Below are positions 1-11,778 of a DNA stretch of 39,758 nucleotides, piece after piece; within the stretch, counting starts at the first letter, position 1; each line of letters begins with the position of its first letter. A program made the position numbers and the translations under genes. The DNA is taken from assembly GCA_030141605.1 (NCBI GenBank), contig JAQGDQ010001465.1, forward strand, positions 1 to 39,758, in the 5' to 3' direction. Under the pieces are notes generated by a model that worked only from the letters and a program-made list of their open reading frames with translations, was not told the origin of the DNA and ran no database searches. Source of the DNA: Tubiluchus corallicola (Eukaryota; Animalia; Priapulida).

Positions 1-777
1 AATAGGAAGAGAGGAGAGGATAATTACCAAAGAGTTCCATGGTCGCTGCAGCTGTACCAACAGGCTATCATCATGTCGTGATACCGTGGGTCCAGTTATC
101 CAGGATCACATCTCAAGAATCAAGAAACAACACCGGAACAGATTGCTGGGGCTCACGCATTGCAGACTCCACCACCAGAGTGTTAGAAACAAGGATCCAG
201 GGTCTCGAAACGTCTCCGTTTACTCCTATACTGTAGGAGTCAGCAAATGACGGAGAAAAGGAGAAAAGTTCCTCGTTCTCAGTCTTCAGCTAGGCAACCT
301 TCTTAGGCAGTTCCAAACTCCACCCAACAACCGTCATGATCTACGTGGCCAGATTACGAACACGACGAAGTTTCCTGCATACTAGTAACACTGCCAAGGA
401 ACCGTCTGGTTTCCTCTCAGAGAAATTTGATTACACTGAGAACACCAAAACTAACAAACTCATTATGAGATCTCAAAAGTTACGAGACCTCAAACCTGCT
501 GCAACAAAACGTGTAGCTTCAAAACGCAGCTCAAACCCGTAATGGCGGCAATAAGGAAAAATCACGGTTCAAAGCTTTTCCAGGAGCGCGAAAATTATCC
601 ATTAACCATTCAAGACATGTGACAGGAAGCTCGCCATCAAACAGGGAAAAGGGGAGAGGTATTAAAGGATGGACAGAAAACCAACCCAAACATAAAACAG
701 AAATGAATATTTTATTTGGAGTACAAAATGAACTTTAGCATAATTTTAATACGGACGAGGACGTCTGTGACGTCACA
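1..777 (-). repeat. 3' LTR (partial in window)
   Basis: Matches 7696-8472; ends TGTGACGTCACA; adjacent to PPT. Confidence 0.95.
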
Positions 778-781
778 GAAG

Positions 782-791
782 CCCTCCCCCT
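782..791 (-). other. Polypurine tract
   Basis: Minus strand AGGGGGAGGG 4 nt before the TG of the 3' LTR. Confidence 0.85.
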
Positions 792-1729
792 AAGAGTGTG
801 GCAACACTCTTAACCAATGGACGTATTAAAAGTATCTGGAGAGCATTTTGGTACAACATACATACATCATGGACACAATGCAAATTTAAAATAAGTGGTT
901 TAGATTTAACAGATCCTAACTACTATGCTGGAACAGGGGTCACAAATCTCTATTACTATTAAAAGTATATACAATAGCACACACACAAAAAAACAAAAAA
1001 AAAATTGCAACTGACAGGTCATTGAACCAATATGAAAAGAATTGGTAATGGTAATGTCAATCATTGCATCACAAAATTACAATATAGCTCAAAAGAACAT
1101 CACCAAAGTTAAGTACTTGCACAAACACAATTCACAAAATTCTCCTGAGAGAAGCCGAAAGAAGATACCCTAAAATGGTTATATGAACCACATTAAAGGT
1201 TAAATGTACATTGTACTAAAAAGACACTGCTAGCAGATTTTAACAGTGTGAGTGCTCAATGACCACACTGGGCTTCAACTCAAACATGGATATGTCCTCA
1301 AATCAGGAAATCCTAGCTACGATTAACAATAACAATGTCGTCTCACAAACAACAAGAATTGTAACCAAACATCGCTCAACGTCCTTCCATATGAATACAA
1401 GAAAGGGTGACTACGATAAGAGCAAATTGTGAAGAGTAATTTGTATTTGGTAACAATAAAGTAAGAGAAAAACTCTCACCTACCTAATGACTACACAGTA
1501 ATACAAATAATTTTCATATTCGTCAGTGCAGCTAGAATTAGCAACAATAAACATCAACAAAAGCATTTATATACACGACTACTACAAGAATTCCATTACA
1601 TCAATATATAAATCGTGAAAGTGTCAAGTGACTCAATGTGAGCCAAAAACCAATGTTTAACGCTAAAAGCAAGACTAACAGATATTATGCGATCTAGGAA
1701 AGGGAAAAAAAACGTTCTCCATTTTCGAA

Positions 1730-4700
1730 TCACAAACGCGACAGAGCATCCGCCACTCTGTTTTCACAACCAGGGACATGTTCTATATCAAATGCATATT
1801 CACTCAATTTAAGTGCCCAGTGGCATAATCTACGATTTTTCGTTTTCATTTTATCTAATGCAAGCAAACTGCGCTGATCAGTACGAACAGTAAAATGTCG
1901 ACCTTCCAAGTAGTATCTTAGTTTCTCAACACTAAACACTACACTCAAACATTCAAGCTCCACCACAGAGTACCTAGTCTCTGGCTGAGTCAACTTGCGA
2001 CTAATATATGTTACTGGCACTTCAGCTAACCCGTCTCCCTTATCTTGAGACAGAACAGCCCCTAAACCGATAAAGCTAGCATCAGTGGTTAGGTAAAAGG
2101 GCTTAGTAAAGTCTGGTGAATGGAGTACGGACTCGGAAGATAATGCATCTTGAAGCTGACGAAAGCTACTTTCAGTGGCCTCAGTCCACTCAACTTGGAC
2201 GGGGGCATACTTTTCAGTAAGAGCATGGAGAGGCGCAGCGATGCTACTAAAATGGGGGATAAAACGCCTATAAAAACTGACCGTACCCAAAAACCTGCGC
2301 ACCTGCGTTTTTGTCTGTGGGCGCAAAAATTGACGTATCCGTTCTACTTTGGATAATTGAGGTTTAAGTCTATTTTTCCCCACTACATATCCCAGGAATT
2401 CAACTTCCTGTTGTGCAAAATGACATTTTTTAGGTTTAACTGTCACTCCAGCCTTGCGAATGTTGTAAAGTGTGTAATCAACATGCTTTAAATGATTAGT
2501 CCAGTCCGGAGATTTAATGATAACATCATCAATATACCCACTAGAACAATATGAAACCGGATCTAATATGCGGTCAATAAGAGACTGAGCCGAGGCAGCA
2601 GCATTCATTAACCCAAAAGGCATAACAGTAAACTCAAATTTACCGAAATTAGTAACAAAGGCTGAAACAGGCTGAGATTCCGGGGCCAATTCAATTTGCC
2701 AATAGGCTTTTGACAAATCTAGAGTTGATATCCACTTTGCGCCATGAAGATCATCAATCATGTCGTCTGGACGTGGTGTTGGATAAGGTGAAAATATTGT
2801 TCTCTTGTTCAAGGCTCTGTAGTCAACACATGGACGCCACTGGCTAACGCCATCCATAGGAGGCTTGGGAACAACTAGCATTGGAGATGAATACTCCGAA
2901 TCCGAACGACGAATGACACCTAAGTTTAACATATCTTTGACTTCTTTACGGATAATATCTAAACGAGCTTGAGGTACTCGATAAGAATGCTGTTGGACAG
3001 GGGTCTTGTCATGAAGGTTAATGTAATGTTGAACCAATTTTGTTCTGCCGGGAAGATCGGTAAACATCTGGGGGTATGAATGGAATATCTTCCTCATTTG
3101 TTCCTTAGCTTCCTCAGATAAATAGTCAGGCAATTCGACATCCTCTACAGATTGTGTGGCAACTGCAGTTGGGAAAAATGCATACTCTGGAAGATCACAA
3201 GCTTCGGTTTTGCCAGAACCTATCTTGTTACAAGTCTCTTCAACTTCTTGCCAGTTAACAGAAGCATCATCCCTGTCTTCATTGTGTAGAGCCATAAGAA
3301 CAAGTTCTTCTTCTCTATCAATGTAAGCTTTAAGTCTGTTAGCATGAAACGTACTTAAGCTTCTCCTACTTCCAGGCTTACCTAGCTTGACTCGATAAGT
3401 GCATTCAGAGAGTTTGTCAACTATGGGGTATGGACCACGCCACGTGGTTGCCATCTTACTACCCTTTTTCATCCGTTGAACAAGGACTTTATCACCAATA
3501 TTGAAACTACGTTGCTTAGATACACGATCAAACCAAGATTTTTGAGCAAGTTTAGCCCTCCTAAGAGAATTGTGTGCATCCTCTAAGGTTTCATCCAATG
3601 TGTTTATGATACGGGAGACATAGTCATCCACGTCTTCCAGCTCAGGTAGTTTCTCACAGCCCCACCGCTCTTTCAACATAGCTAAAGGGCCCCGAAGTGC
3701 GTAACCAAAAACTAATTCATTGGGGGAGTAATGAGTAGATTCCTGGGGAACTTCACGATAGGCAAACAGAACGAATGGAATAGCCAAATCCCAAGGAAGG
3801 TGGGGATGATCTTGAATAAGTTTTCTGATAGAGGCTTTGAGTGTGGAATTGTATCGTTCAACAAGACCATTGGTTGAAGGGGCATAAGCAGAAGTATAGA
3901 TACCTTTGACCCCAAGCTGTTCTTCCAACTGGTGAGTAAGCTTGGAAGTGAACTGAGTTCCTCTATCAGTCAGGATTTCTTTTGGAATGCCATATCTGCA
4001 GCAAAATTCCACCAGTTTGTTTAGAATAGTTGTTGTTTCAATATTTGGGATGGGATAGCAATCCGGATAACGAGTGGCGTGATCTACAATCACTAAAGCG
4101 TACTTATTCCCATCTGGAGTACGACTAAGAGGACCTATGATGTCCATGCCAATGCGGAAAAATGGCTGCTTTGGTATTGGTAAAGGACGGAGAGGAAGCC
4201 TATCACCTCTCTGTAAACGACCATTTTTCTGACATGAAGGGCAAGAACGGCAGTAACTCCGCACAGCATGTTTTATCTTGGGCCAAATGTATTCCATAAG
4301 AATACGGTCTGCTGTTTTCCTAATGCCTAGGTGACCCGCCATTTTGTTATCATGAGCAATTTCAAGGACTTGGCGCCGACGAGATTTAGGAAGAACCAAA
4401 AGTTCTCTAGGTTTGCCAGCCTTGGTGTGCTTGCAGAGATAATAAAGCATTCCATCTTTAAGGAAATATCCTTTTCCATTCTGCTCTGCAATTTCAAATG
4501 TTGTAGCGTGATCAATGTAGTTTGCTAATGAAGGGTCATTATGTTGTTCTTGTTTGAGTTGTTCAAACGAGACAGTAATCAACTGAGCCTGCTCTTGCTT
4601 GAATTTATTTAGGTTAGAATGTTCTTGTGTAGAATATGTACTGTGTTCAAGTTGTTTATGTAACTCTTGATCACGTACTGCTTTAGCCTGCAGTTCTGCA

Positions 4701-6619
4701 GCTTTTGCACGTGTAACTGCAAAACTATCAGAGATTTGTGCATCGCTAGACGATTTCAATTGTTCGTTGTCTGAGATTTCTGTATTATTATCAGCTGGGC
4801 CTTCATGAAGGTTTGATTCATCATTAGGTGTAAAAGGCCTCAGTGTTGATAAATAATCATTGCCCAATAAAAGTTCAGCTGGGAGGTCAGACATCACACT
4901 AACTGTAAGCCAACCAGCGAAGTTAGGACCTACAACTTTAATCTCTGCTGTACGACATGGCTCGACATGACCATGCACACATCTAACAGGTTTAGGGTCA
5001 GACTTCAGATACTGATCTTTACCAACAAAACGTGGGTGGATCATAGAAACTGTGGCACCACTGTCTCTTTGCCCCAAAACAGGAATGTCATTCACAAGAG
5101 CCTCAAACATAAACGGTATATTATTAACTGGAATGCCTTGAAGTTTATTAGAACTAGTGTATGTTGATTCGTGATCACAACTACCAAACAAAGTCTTAAC
5201 CGGAGTTTTATTTCTGCTGGTTTTGTTTGCCTTGTTAACAATATTAGTTGCATTTTGCCCATTGTTATTTTGGTGATTGTTCCGCTGTGATGCTTGGCAC
5301 TCTGGTCTTCTGTGACCAGGCTTACCACATTTATAACAAACTATCTTCTGTTTGTCATCAAGTTTATTATCAGAAACGTTTACTAAGGTATTGTTATTGT
5401 AAGGTTGTTTCTGAGAAAATTTTTCTGTTTTCCAAGGAGTAAAAGAGTGATTCCTAGAGTCAGTCTCCTTGGAGCTAATAAATTTGTCAGCCTCCATGGC
5501 CATTTCAAGACCATTCTCAAATTCGTGTCTTTTTAGCCATGTGCGGACATCAGATGTTAAATTATCCATAAACTGTTCCATAGCCATGGCTTCAAAAAGC
5601 TTGGAATAGGAATCAACAGCATTAATTGCTTCACAGAAATCGGTTAATGCACGAACCACTTTTAACCAATACTGATGACATGTTTCGTTGTGACCCTTAG
5701 TAAGAGCCCTAAAGCGTTTCCGGTAAGCATCTGTTGTTAAAATGTAAGCAGCTAAAAGAGACTTCCTTACATAAGAATAATCTTTAATATGCTCCTTAGG
5801 TATTTGCTGATATGCGTCAGCAGCTCGGCCAGATAAAGCAGGACCTAAAAGGGCAGACCAATTTGCCTCGGGAATATCATTAGATGTAGCACACGATTCA
5901 AACCAATTCAAATATCTCTGAATGTCATCAGACGATTCACGAAAACCTCGGACTTTCATTCTACTAGATGGGTTGGCAGGTACAACACAAGTATTTGTCA
6001 AAGCCGCACTTCTGTTTAAAAGTTCTAATTTCCTTAACTCAAATTCCATCTCTTCCTTGCGCATGCGCTCATCACGTTCACCTTGCTCTTTTTCATGCTG
6101 CAAAATGTCACGAACCAAATTGGGATTCATACCTTGAAGATTCTCAAGAGAAAACCCAGAAATACCACACAGTTTATCATTACCCCATCCACTGGAGGTA
6201 GGAATAACATTTTGTGGAGGTTTAAGAGCACCATCTTCAGTACCAACACCTTTTCCTGACTGAGAAATCTCCAGCCAAGTAGTAGAGAAAGGATCTTTTG
6301 GCTTAACACTTTGAAGAGGTGTACTAGCCTGGCTAATTTTGGAAGATTCTATAATTCGTTCAGCAACCGAACCAGGTGACTTAATTGATGTATCATGCAA
6401 TGTGTCAGTTTTATCAGAATTAATAAATGTTTTTCCCTGTAGAGGAACTTGTTGCATTTTAAGAATATGCTGTTGTGCTTTAATTATATGTTCAATTAAT
6501 TCTTGCTTACTGACATGGGTAACATCGACAAGTAAATGAAGTGTGCTTGCTACCCTGGAAAGTTCATCTTTTTTCATTTTATCTAACTGTGTCTTGTTGT
6601 AAATAGTTGCTTCAGCCAT
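1730..6619 (-). CDS. Gag-Pol polyprotein (capsid/SCAN-like, CCHC knuckle, aspartic protease, integrase, RT, RNase H)
   Basis: First ATG 6619 (MAEAT). Knuckle CYKCGKPGHRRPEC; protease RDSGATVS; IN HHCC (AHDNKMAGH..CRSCPSC), DDE (MDIIGP, TDRGTQF, VERYN) and WRGPYP; RT YIDD; RNase H TDAS..ELE..TD..ADALSR. Confidence 0.97.
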   Translation of the reverse strand: MAEATIYNKTQLDKMKKDELSRVASTLHLLVDVTHVSKQELIEHIIKAQQHILKMQQVPLQGKTFINSDKTDTLHDTSIKSPGSVAERIIESSKISQASTPLQSVKPKDPFSTTWLEISQSGKGVGTEDGALKPPQNVIPTSSGWGNDKLCGISGFSLENLQGMNPNLVRDILQHEKEQGERDERMRKEEMEFELRKLELLNRSAALTNTCVVPANPSSRMKVRGFRESSDDIQRYLNWFESCATSNDIPEANWSALLGPALSGRAADAYQQIPKEHIKDYSYVRKSLLAAYILTTDAYRKRFRALTKGHNETCHQYWLKVVRALTDFCEAINAVDSYSKLFEAMAMEQFMDNLTSDVRTWLKRHEFENGLEMAMEADKFISSKETDSRNHSFTPWKTEKFSQKQPYNNNTLVNVSDNKLDDKQKIVCYKCGKPGHRRPECQASQRNNHQNNNGQNATNIVNKANKTSRNKTPVKTLFGSCDHESTYTSSNKLQGIPVNNIPFMFEALVNDIPVLGQRDSGATVSMIHPRFVGKDQYLKSDPKPVRCVHGHVEPCRTAEIKVVGPNFAGWLTVSVMSDLPAELLLGNDYLSTLRPFTPNDESNLHEGPADNNTEISDNEQLKSSSDAQISDSFAVTRAKAAELQAKAVRDQELHKQLEHSTYSTQEHSNLNKFKQEQAQLITVSFEQLKQEQHNDPSLANYIDHATTFEIAEQNGKGYFLKDGMLYYLCKHTKAGKPRELLVLPKSRRRQVLEIAHDNKMAGHLGIRKTADRILMEYIWPKIKHAVRSYCRSCPSCQKNGRLQRGDRLPLRPLPIPKQPFFRIGMDIIGPLSRTPDGNKYALVIVDHATRYPDCYPIPNIETTTILNKLVEFCCRYGIPKEILTDRGTQFTSKLTHQLEEQLGVKGIYTSAYAPSTNGLVERYNSTLKASIRKLIQDHPHLPWDLAIPFVLFAYREVPQESTHYSPNELVFGYALRGPLAMLKERWGCEKLPELEDVDDYVSRIINTLDETLEDAHNSLRRAKLAQKSWFDRVSKQRSFNIGDKVLVQRMKKGSKMATTWRGPYPIVDKLSECTYRVKLGKPGSRRSLSTFHANRLKAYIDREEELVLMALHNEDRDDASVNWQEVEETCNKIGSGKTEACDLPEYAFFPTAVATQSVEDVELPDYLSEEAKEQMRKIFHSYPQMFTDLPGRTKLVQHYINLHDKTPVQQHSYRVPQARLDIIRKEVKDMLNLGVIRRSDSEYSSPMLVVPKPPMDGVSQWRPCVDYRALNKRTIFSPYPTPRPDDMIDDLHGAKWISTLDLSKAYWQIELAPESQPVSAFVTNFGKFEFTVMPFGLMNAAASAQSLIDRILDPVSYCSSGYIDDVIIKSPDWTNHLKHVDYTLYNIRKAGVTVKPKKCHFAQQEVEFLGYVVGKNRLKPQLSKVERIRQFLRPQTKTQVRRFLGTVSFYRRFIPHFSSIAAPLHALTEKYAPVQVEWTEATESSFRQLQDALSSESVLHSPDFTKPFYLTTDASFIGLGAVLSQDKGDGLAEVPVTYISRKLTQPETRYSVVELECLSVVFSVEKLRYYLEGRHFTVRTDQRSLLALDKMKTKNRRLCHWALKLSEYAFDIEHVPGCENRVADALSRL

Positions 6620-7266
6620 TCTGCATGAAAACACACAACTTATAGATCACTTTGATCACACTTGCGTGTATGTACACCAAAATATTATCAAACAGTCATG
6701 CATAATGTCAACCACCGCTTAAAAGGTCGCGCATAATTAATATTCGTACCAAAAGTATATTCTGCCTACTGTCAGTAGCATACGACTCGTATGTGTGCCG
6801 CACTCAAGAGAGCAGAAATACTTCAAGAAAAAGAACAATAGCGGGCGAGCTAAATTATGGGCACTCAACCACAACCTCAAGGAAAACTAAAAATGCTCTA
6901 CAAACAGTCTCAAAATTTTATAAGTATGGAACTACTACAAATTCCCTACACATAATTGCGAGCTGTAGGCTTTGCAATTACAGCAAACTTCTAAGCCAAT
7001 AAATCAAGAACATATTTGGACTGAAAAGATCAACAAAAGTGCCCTGTACAGTTAACGAAAGTAATAAATTTGGCTTCCTGGGTCTGTACGCAAAGCTCTA
7101 GTTTAACGCAACTATATAGCAAAATACTGTATTGTGCTATAAACAGGAAACGACTTCGAAACCTAAACAATTCACGTAAATACATTAAGCACAATTTTAG
7201 GCCACTCAGTCATAAAATCCAGTAACAACCAGTAAACAAACCGTTATCACCAAAAAACTACTGGTA

Positions 7267-7279
7267 ACTTCTGACACCA
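7267..7279 (-). other. Primer-binding site, tRNA-Leu type
   Basis: Minus strand TGGTGTCAGAAGT 2 nt after the 5' LTR; complementary to the tRNA-Leu(CAA) 3' end ACTTCTGACACCA. Confidence 0.85.
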
Positions 7280-7281
7280 AT

Positions 7282-8472
7282 TGTGACGACCACTGGCACC
7301 ATTTTGACTCTCTATGGTGTATTGTATAAAAGAATAAATAGTTTTGTCAGGAATGCAAAATAGGGGTTGTCTTTTACTTTATCCGAGCACGCCAGAGTTC
7401 ATCACATGTGGATAAAAACAATTTTTAATACTAATTTTTAAGGCAAGGGGTTTTTATCCAGACTTTTTTTAACGAGGGTCCTAGTAGTTTGATTAAAACT
7501 GATGCTATTTTAGGCCGTTATAATTTGTACTTAGAAATGACGAGGACGAACAGAAGGACAAACAAACGTTATTGCTTTTCTTATAAAAAAAACGTGCAAA
7601 AATTATTTAATGGTAATTTCAAAAATAATATTTTCTGTAAATTACTTATATACACACATATGATGAAAGAATTCAGTTAACCCCATCCCAGGTATAATAG
7701 GAAGAGAGGAGAGGATAATTACCAAAGAGTTCCATGGTCGCTGCAGCTGTACCAACAGGCTATCATCATGTCGTGATACCGTGGGTCCAGTTATCCAGGA
7801 TCACATCTCAAGAATCAAGAAACAACACCGGAACAGATTGCTGGGGCTCACGCATTGCAGACTCCACCACCAGAGTGTTAGAAACAAGGATCCAGGGTCT
7901 CGAAACGTCTCCGTTTACTCCTATACTGTAGGAGTCAGCAAATGACGGAGAAAAGGAGAAAAGTTCCTCGTTCTCAGTCTTCAGCTAGGCAACCTTCTTA
8001 GGCAGTTCCAAACTCCACCCAACAACCGTCATGATCTACGTGGCCAGATTACGAACACGACGAAGTTTCCTGCATACTAGTAACACTGCCAAGGAACCGT
8101 CTGGTTTCCTCTCAGAGAAATTTGATTACACTGAGAACACCAAAACTAACAAACTCATTATGAGATCTCAAAAGTTACGAGACCTCAAACCTGCTGCAAC
8201 AAAACGTGTAGCTTCAAAACGCAGCTCAAACCCGTAATGGCGGCAATAAGGAAAAATCACGGTTCAAAGCTTTTCCAGGAGCGCGAAAATTATCCATTAA
8301 CCATTCAAGACATGTGACAGGAAGCTCGCCATCAAACAGGGAAAAGGGGAGAGGTATTAAAGGATGGACAGAAAACCAACCCAAACATAAAACAGAAATG
8401 AATATTTTATTTGGAGTACAAAATGAACTTTAGCATAATTTTAATACGGACGAGGACGTCTGTGACGTCACA
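7282..8472 (-). repeat. 5' LTR, 1191 bp
   Basis: TGTGACG...CGTCACA inverted termini, next to PBS. Confidence 0.95.
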
Positions 8473-8791
8473 TATATATATATATATAAACGTATATATA
8501 TACACATATATACACATATATACATATACATACATATACATACATACATATACATACATACATATACATACATATACATACATAGATATACATACATATA
8601 CATACATACATATACATACATACATATACATACATACATATACATACATATACATACATAGATATACATACATATACATACATACATATACATACATACA
8701 TATACATACATATACATACATACATACATATACATACATATACGTACATACATATACATACATATACATACATACATATATATATATATAT
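8473..8791. repeat. Compound (TA)n/(TACA)n microsatellite
   Basis: Direct reading. Confidence 0.98.
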
Positions 8792-9423
8792 ACAGTTCTC
8801 CTTAATTACTTCGTGTTGATTAACTTGACTTTCAAATATTACATTGTGTCTTCTTGCTCATTTCTTCATCTCATTCCCTCCCTTTTTAGGCTTGTTACAG
8901 CATTGAAATAGCTTAAATTTCCCTCTAATCTTACTGTACTTATTTGCTTCTGAAAGACCTTTTACATTAATAGTGTTCTAGTTTTCTGTATTTAAGCTGT
9001 GTACGACAGGTCTGCTTTGGACATTTAGACCTGTGGGCTAGCCAGGCTAATTGTTCTGCTGTGTTTTAGTATAGTGCTATTTTAGTATTGATAACAATTA
9101 TGTTATTTCAGTATTGATAATTATGTTATCTATGTGTACCTGATAGTATAGATGTTATAATATAATTCCTCGTGACTTGTTAATAATTGTTTTTTTTTAT
9201 TTTATAGAAAAGGCTAACATGCTTATTACTTGTGGGCAAAGTTTAATTTCAGTAACTGCTCTCCCACCCATTTCCTTGCCCACAGAAATAACATGAAAGT
9301 ACAACATGATTATTAACATATTCAGTCAGATGGCTTTCAAATACGCTGTGTCCATAATCAGAAAAAATAAACCTGAAAAGAATGGAACTGAGAAATTTAA
9401 AAAGAATGAAAAAACAATAATAA

Positions 9424-9828
9424 TGTGACGGATCCGGGTCCTTTCCAGGCGCCGACCCGTCTCCTCAGGATGTATCCCACTTCTGACACCAGTGTCACGG
9501 ATCCAGGTACTTTCCAGGCGCCGATCCGTCTCCTCAGAATGTGTAGAGCGGCATACAAGTTATGAAATACTTTACAACAGACGAGAAAATTAAAAACAAT
9601 ACGAATGTAAAATAAACTTTAATGCACAACCAGTAGCTCCATGACATGTGAACAGATTTTTGTATAAAAATCAGCAAACCTACAGCATTCACGCTTACAG
9701 ACAGAAAGGCCAGGTTGGTATCGTCAAATCATGGCATGCCATCTGTTTTATACAGGTACATTTGCATTACTGGGCTTCTCAACCATACCCATTACTAACA
9801 TTGGGGGTTGGTCATAATCTGCCTTCGT

Positions 9829-9832
<4 letters not shown>
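9424..9832 (-). mobile_element. Deleted LTR-element relic: one ~340-bp LTR (9493-9832), 18-nt tRNA-Leu PBS (9474-9491) and the last ~50 bp of the second LTR (9424-9473)
   Basis: 9424-9473 repeats 9493-9542; ATCCCACTTCTGACACCA lies between; termini TGTCACG..CGTAACA; minus-strand TATAAAA (~9750) and ATTAAA (~9620). Confidence 0.75.

Positions 9833-9906
<74 letters not shown>
9833..9906. repeat. (AAC)n(AAT)n microsatellite
   Basis: Direct reading. Confidence 0.97.
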
Positions 9907-9907
<1 letters not shown>

Positions 9908-10111
9908 TTTTTGGAATAACGGATTAAAACAAATCCAAGAACTTCGGCTAAATAGACTATTCGTTGATTAAATTAACGCTTTTTCTAGTTTACTACATTG
10001 CCAGCACTCAATCAGAAAAAATGGCACATAAATCTCTGAGATTTTGCATTGCTTATAGTTAATTTTCACAAGTTCACGTGTGGAACTAAAAAAGTCCTCG
10101 CTTCACAAAAC

Positions 10112-10182
10112 TGCATCGGCCGGGAATCGAACCCGGGCCGCCCGCGTGGCAGGCGAGCATTCTACCACTGAACCACCGATGC
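10112..10182 (-). tRNA. tRNA-Gly(GCC)
   Basis: GCATCGGTGGTTCAGTGGTAGAATGCTCGCCTGCCACGCGGGCGGCCCGGGTTCGATTCCCGGCCGATGCA; complete cloverleaf; T4 Pol III terminator immediately downstream. Confidence 0.97.
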
Positions 10183-10585
10183 TTACCTTATTTACGTTTT
10201 AGTTAAATTTTTATTACTATCAAATCTCAGTTGTCAAAATTTGTCTATTGCAATGTGCAAAATTTCTTTGATTTTTAAGAAGTTATCGTCAGATGAAGAT
10301 GACGTCAATATTTTAATGTCGTTTTTAGAAATGGAGTGACCAGTGGGTGACCAGCAAACTCTTTTATAGCGATGGACACAGTGTGTTTGAAACCTATCTT
10401 AGTAAATGTGCGTTATTAAATTATCTTTGTGCGTCGTTTCTTTGCTGTTTTTGTTAATCAAAATGTCAAGAATCCAGAAAAATCAGAGGTTATTCTACCC
10501 GTCTCAGAGGATGTTTTTGTGTGAATAGATCATTAAGAACCTGTTACGTGGAAGTTGAAGTCGGAAATAGATCTGCCAAGTTGAA

Positions 10586-10850
10586 TAGGCGTACGGGGCC
10601 GATTTTTCCACGGGGTACTGAGCCGCATTTGCCCGAAAAATACAGTTCGAACCCGAAAGGAGCGCAGGTCAACTTCAAGTCAGGGAATTGCCTCCCAACA
10701 CCCCCACCCCCACCCCATGATCAAGAAAATTGCCTGGATTTCGGCGCCTCATTTGGTGGCATGGAGAAAATTCGAGATTTCCTTTTATGAAAAATATTAT
10801 TTAATTTTTATCATCATTTGACGGCGCCCGAAATATTCATTCTCCCGTAC
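10586..10850. mobile_element. Possible degenerate MITE
   Basis: GC-richer island with GTACGGG/CCCGTAC inverted ends and recurring CCCGAAA motifs; no TSD seen. Confidence 0.3.
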
Positions 10851-11711
10851 AGTGGATAGTGCGTTGTATTGGTTGTGTGTAGCTGCTTATTGATACTTGA
10901 GGAATGGCAAAGCTATGAAGAGTCTGATTATAAAATGTCACGTTTATTAAACATCAACACAATAAATATAATAGATAGCAATGCCAAAGACCCCTGATCT
11001 AACGGCTCTCTGTATGCTCTGGCTCCCAGAATTAATCTGGGACTAATTTTTCTTTGCTAGAACCTTACCTAGTTCATTTTTTTCTTGTTCCAAGCAGGAT
11101 CCTGCTAGTAAACCACTCTACACTAGTGTAGATTTATGCATCATTAGATAAAGTCTATGTAAAATAACTTTAACAATAAATGTGTTTTTTTCTATGAAAC
11201 GACTTCTCTAGAAAAAATAATTGCTCAGTGAGAAAAGTAGTCAAGCCAGTTTACCAAATAAAAATACTCAAATTCGAAGTATTCACCCATCCATACTCTG
11301 TGCAAGGTCGTCGTTGCTTAACTAAGGTAATCAAGCACATGTCATGACCACTCATTTATTCTCCACCTCCTTTAATTATAAGCAATTCTCTTCCATTTTA
11401 CTCAGCAAGTCAGGTGTTCTGGGCATTTTGCGTGGTTACCTCGTTATGGGATACACCAGGTGGGGTTCATATTTGAGTTTAGCAAAAACCTCTTGAAGAT
11501 TGCTCGACAGCTTCCCTAGAAGTGGCTGCCCTTCTGAGATATGTAATTTAAGGTATATAATATATACCGTGCTAAAAGAGAGGGAATAAGAAAAAAAATT
11601 AACGATTTATTTGGACTTTACCAAATTAATAAGGTTATTTGACAATTGCAACAAAATTCTGGGCGGAAGAAATGTACTGCCAATCAAAAGTATATAGCAG
11701 AAGACTTCCAC

Positions 11712-11777
<66 letters not shown>
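11712..11777. repeat. (TTA)n microsatellite
   Basis: Direct reading. Confidence 0.98.

Positions 11778-11778
<1 letters not shown>

Larger units (their letters stand above)
1..8472 (-). mobile_element. Gmr1-clade Ty3/gypsy LTR retrotransposon, full length (3' LTR runs off window start)
   Basis: Direct repeats 1-777 and 7696-8472 (offset 7695), PBS, PPT, single uninterrupted gag-pol ORF with IN before RT. Confidence 0.95.

Noticed and set aside
39-542. Short plus-strand ORFs repeated at 7734-8237
   Set aside because: They lie in the LTRs and repeat only because the LTRs do; no protein motif.
8461-8472. Palindrome TGTGACGTCACA containing a CRE site
   Set aside because: Largely explained by the LTR terminal inverted repeat; no evidence for regulation.
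8407-8911. MYVY/HTYT ORFs (also poly-I/L at 11639-11975 and 33320-33707)
   Set aside because: Translations of microsatellites.
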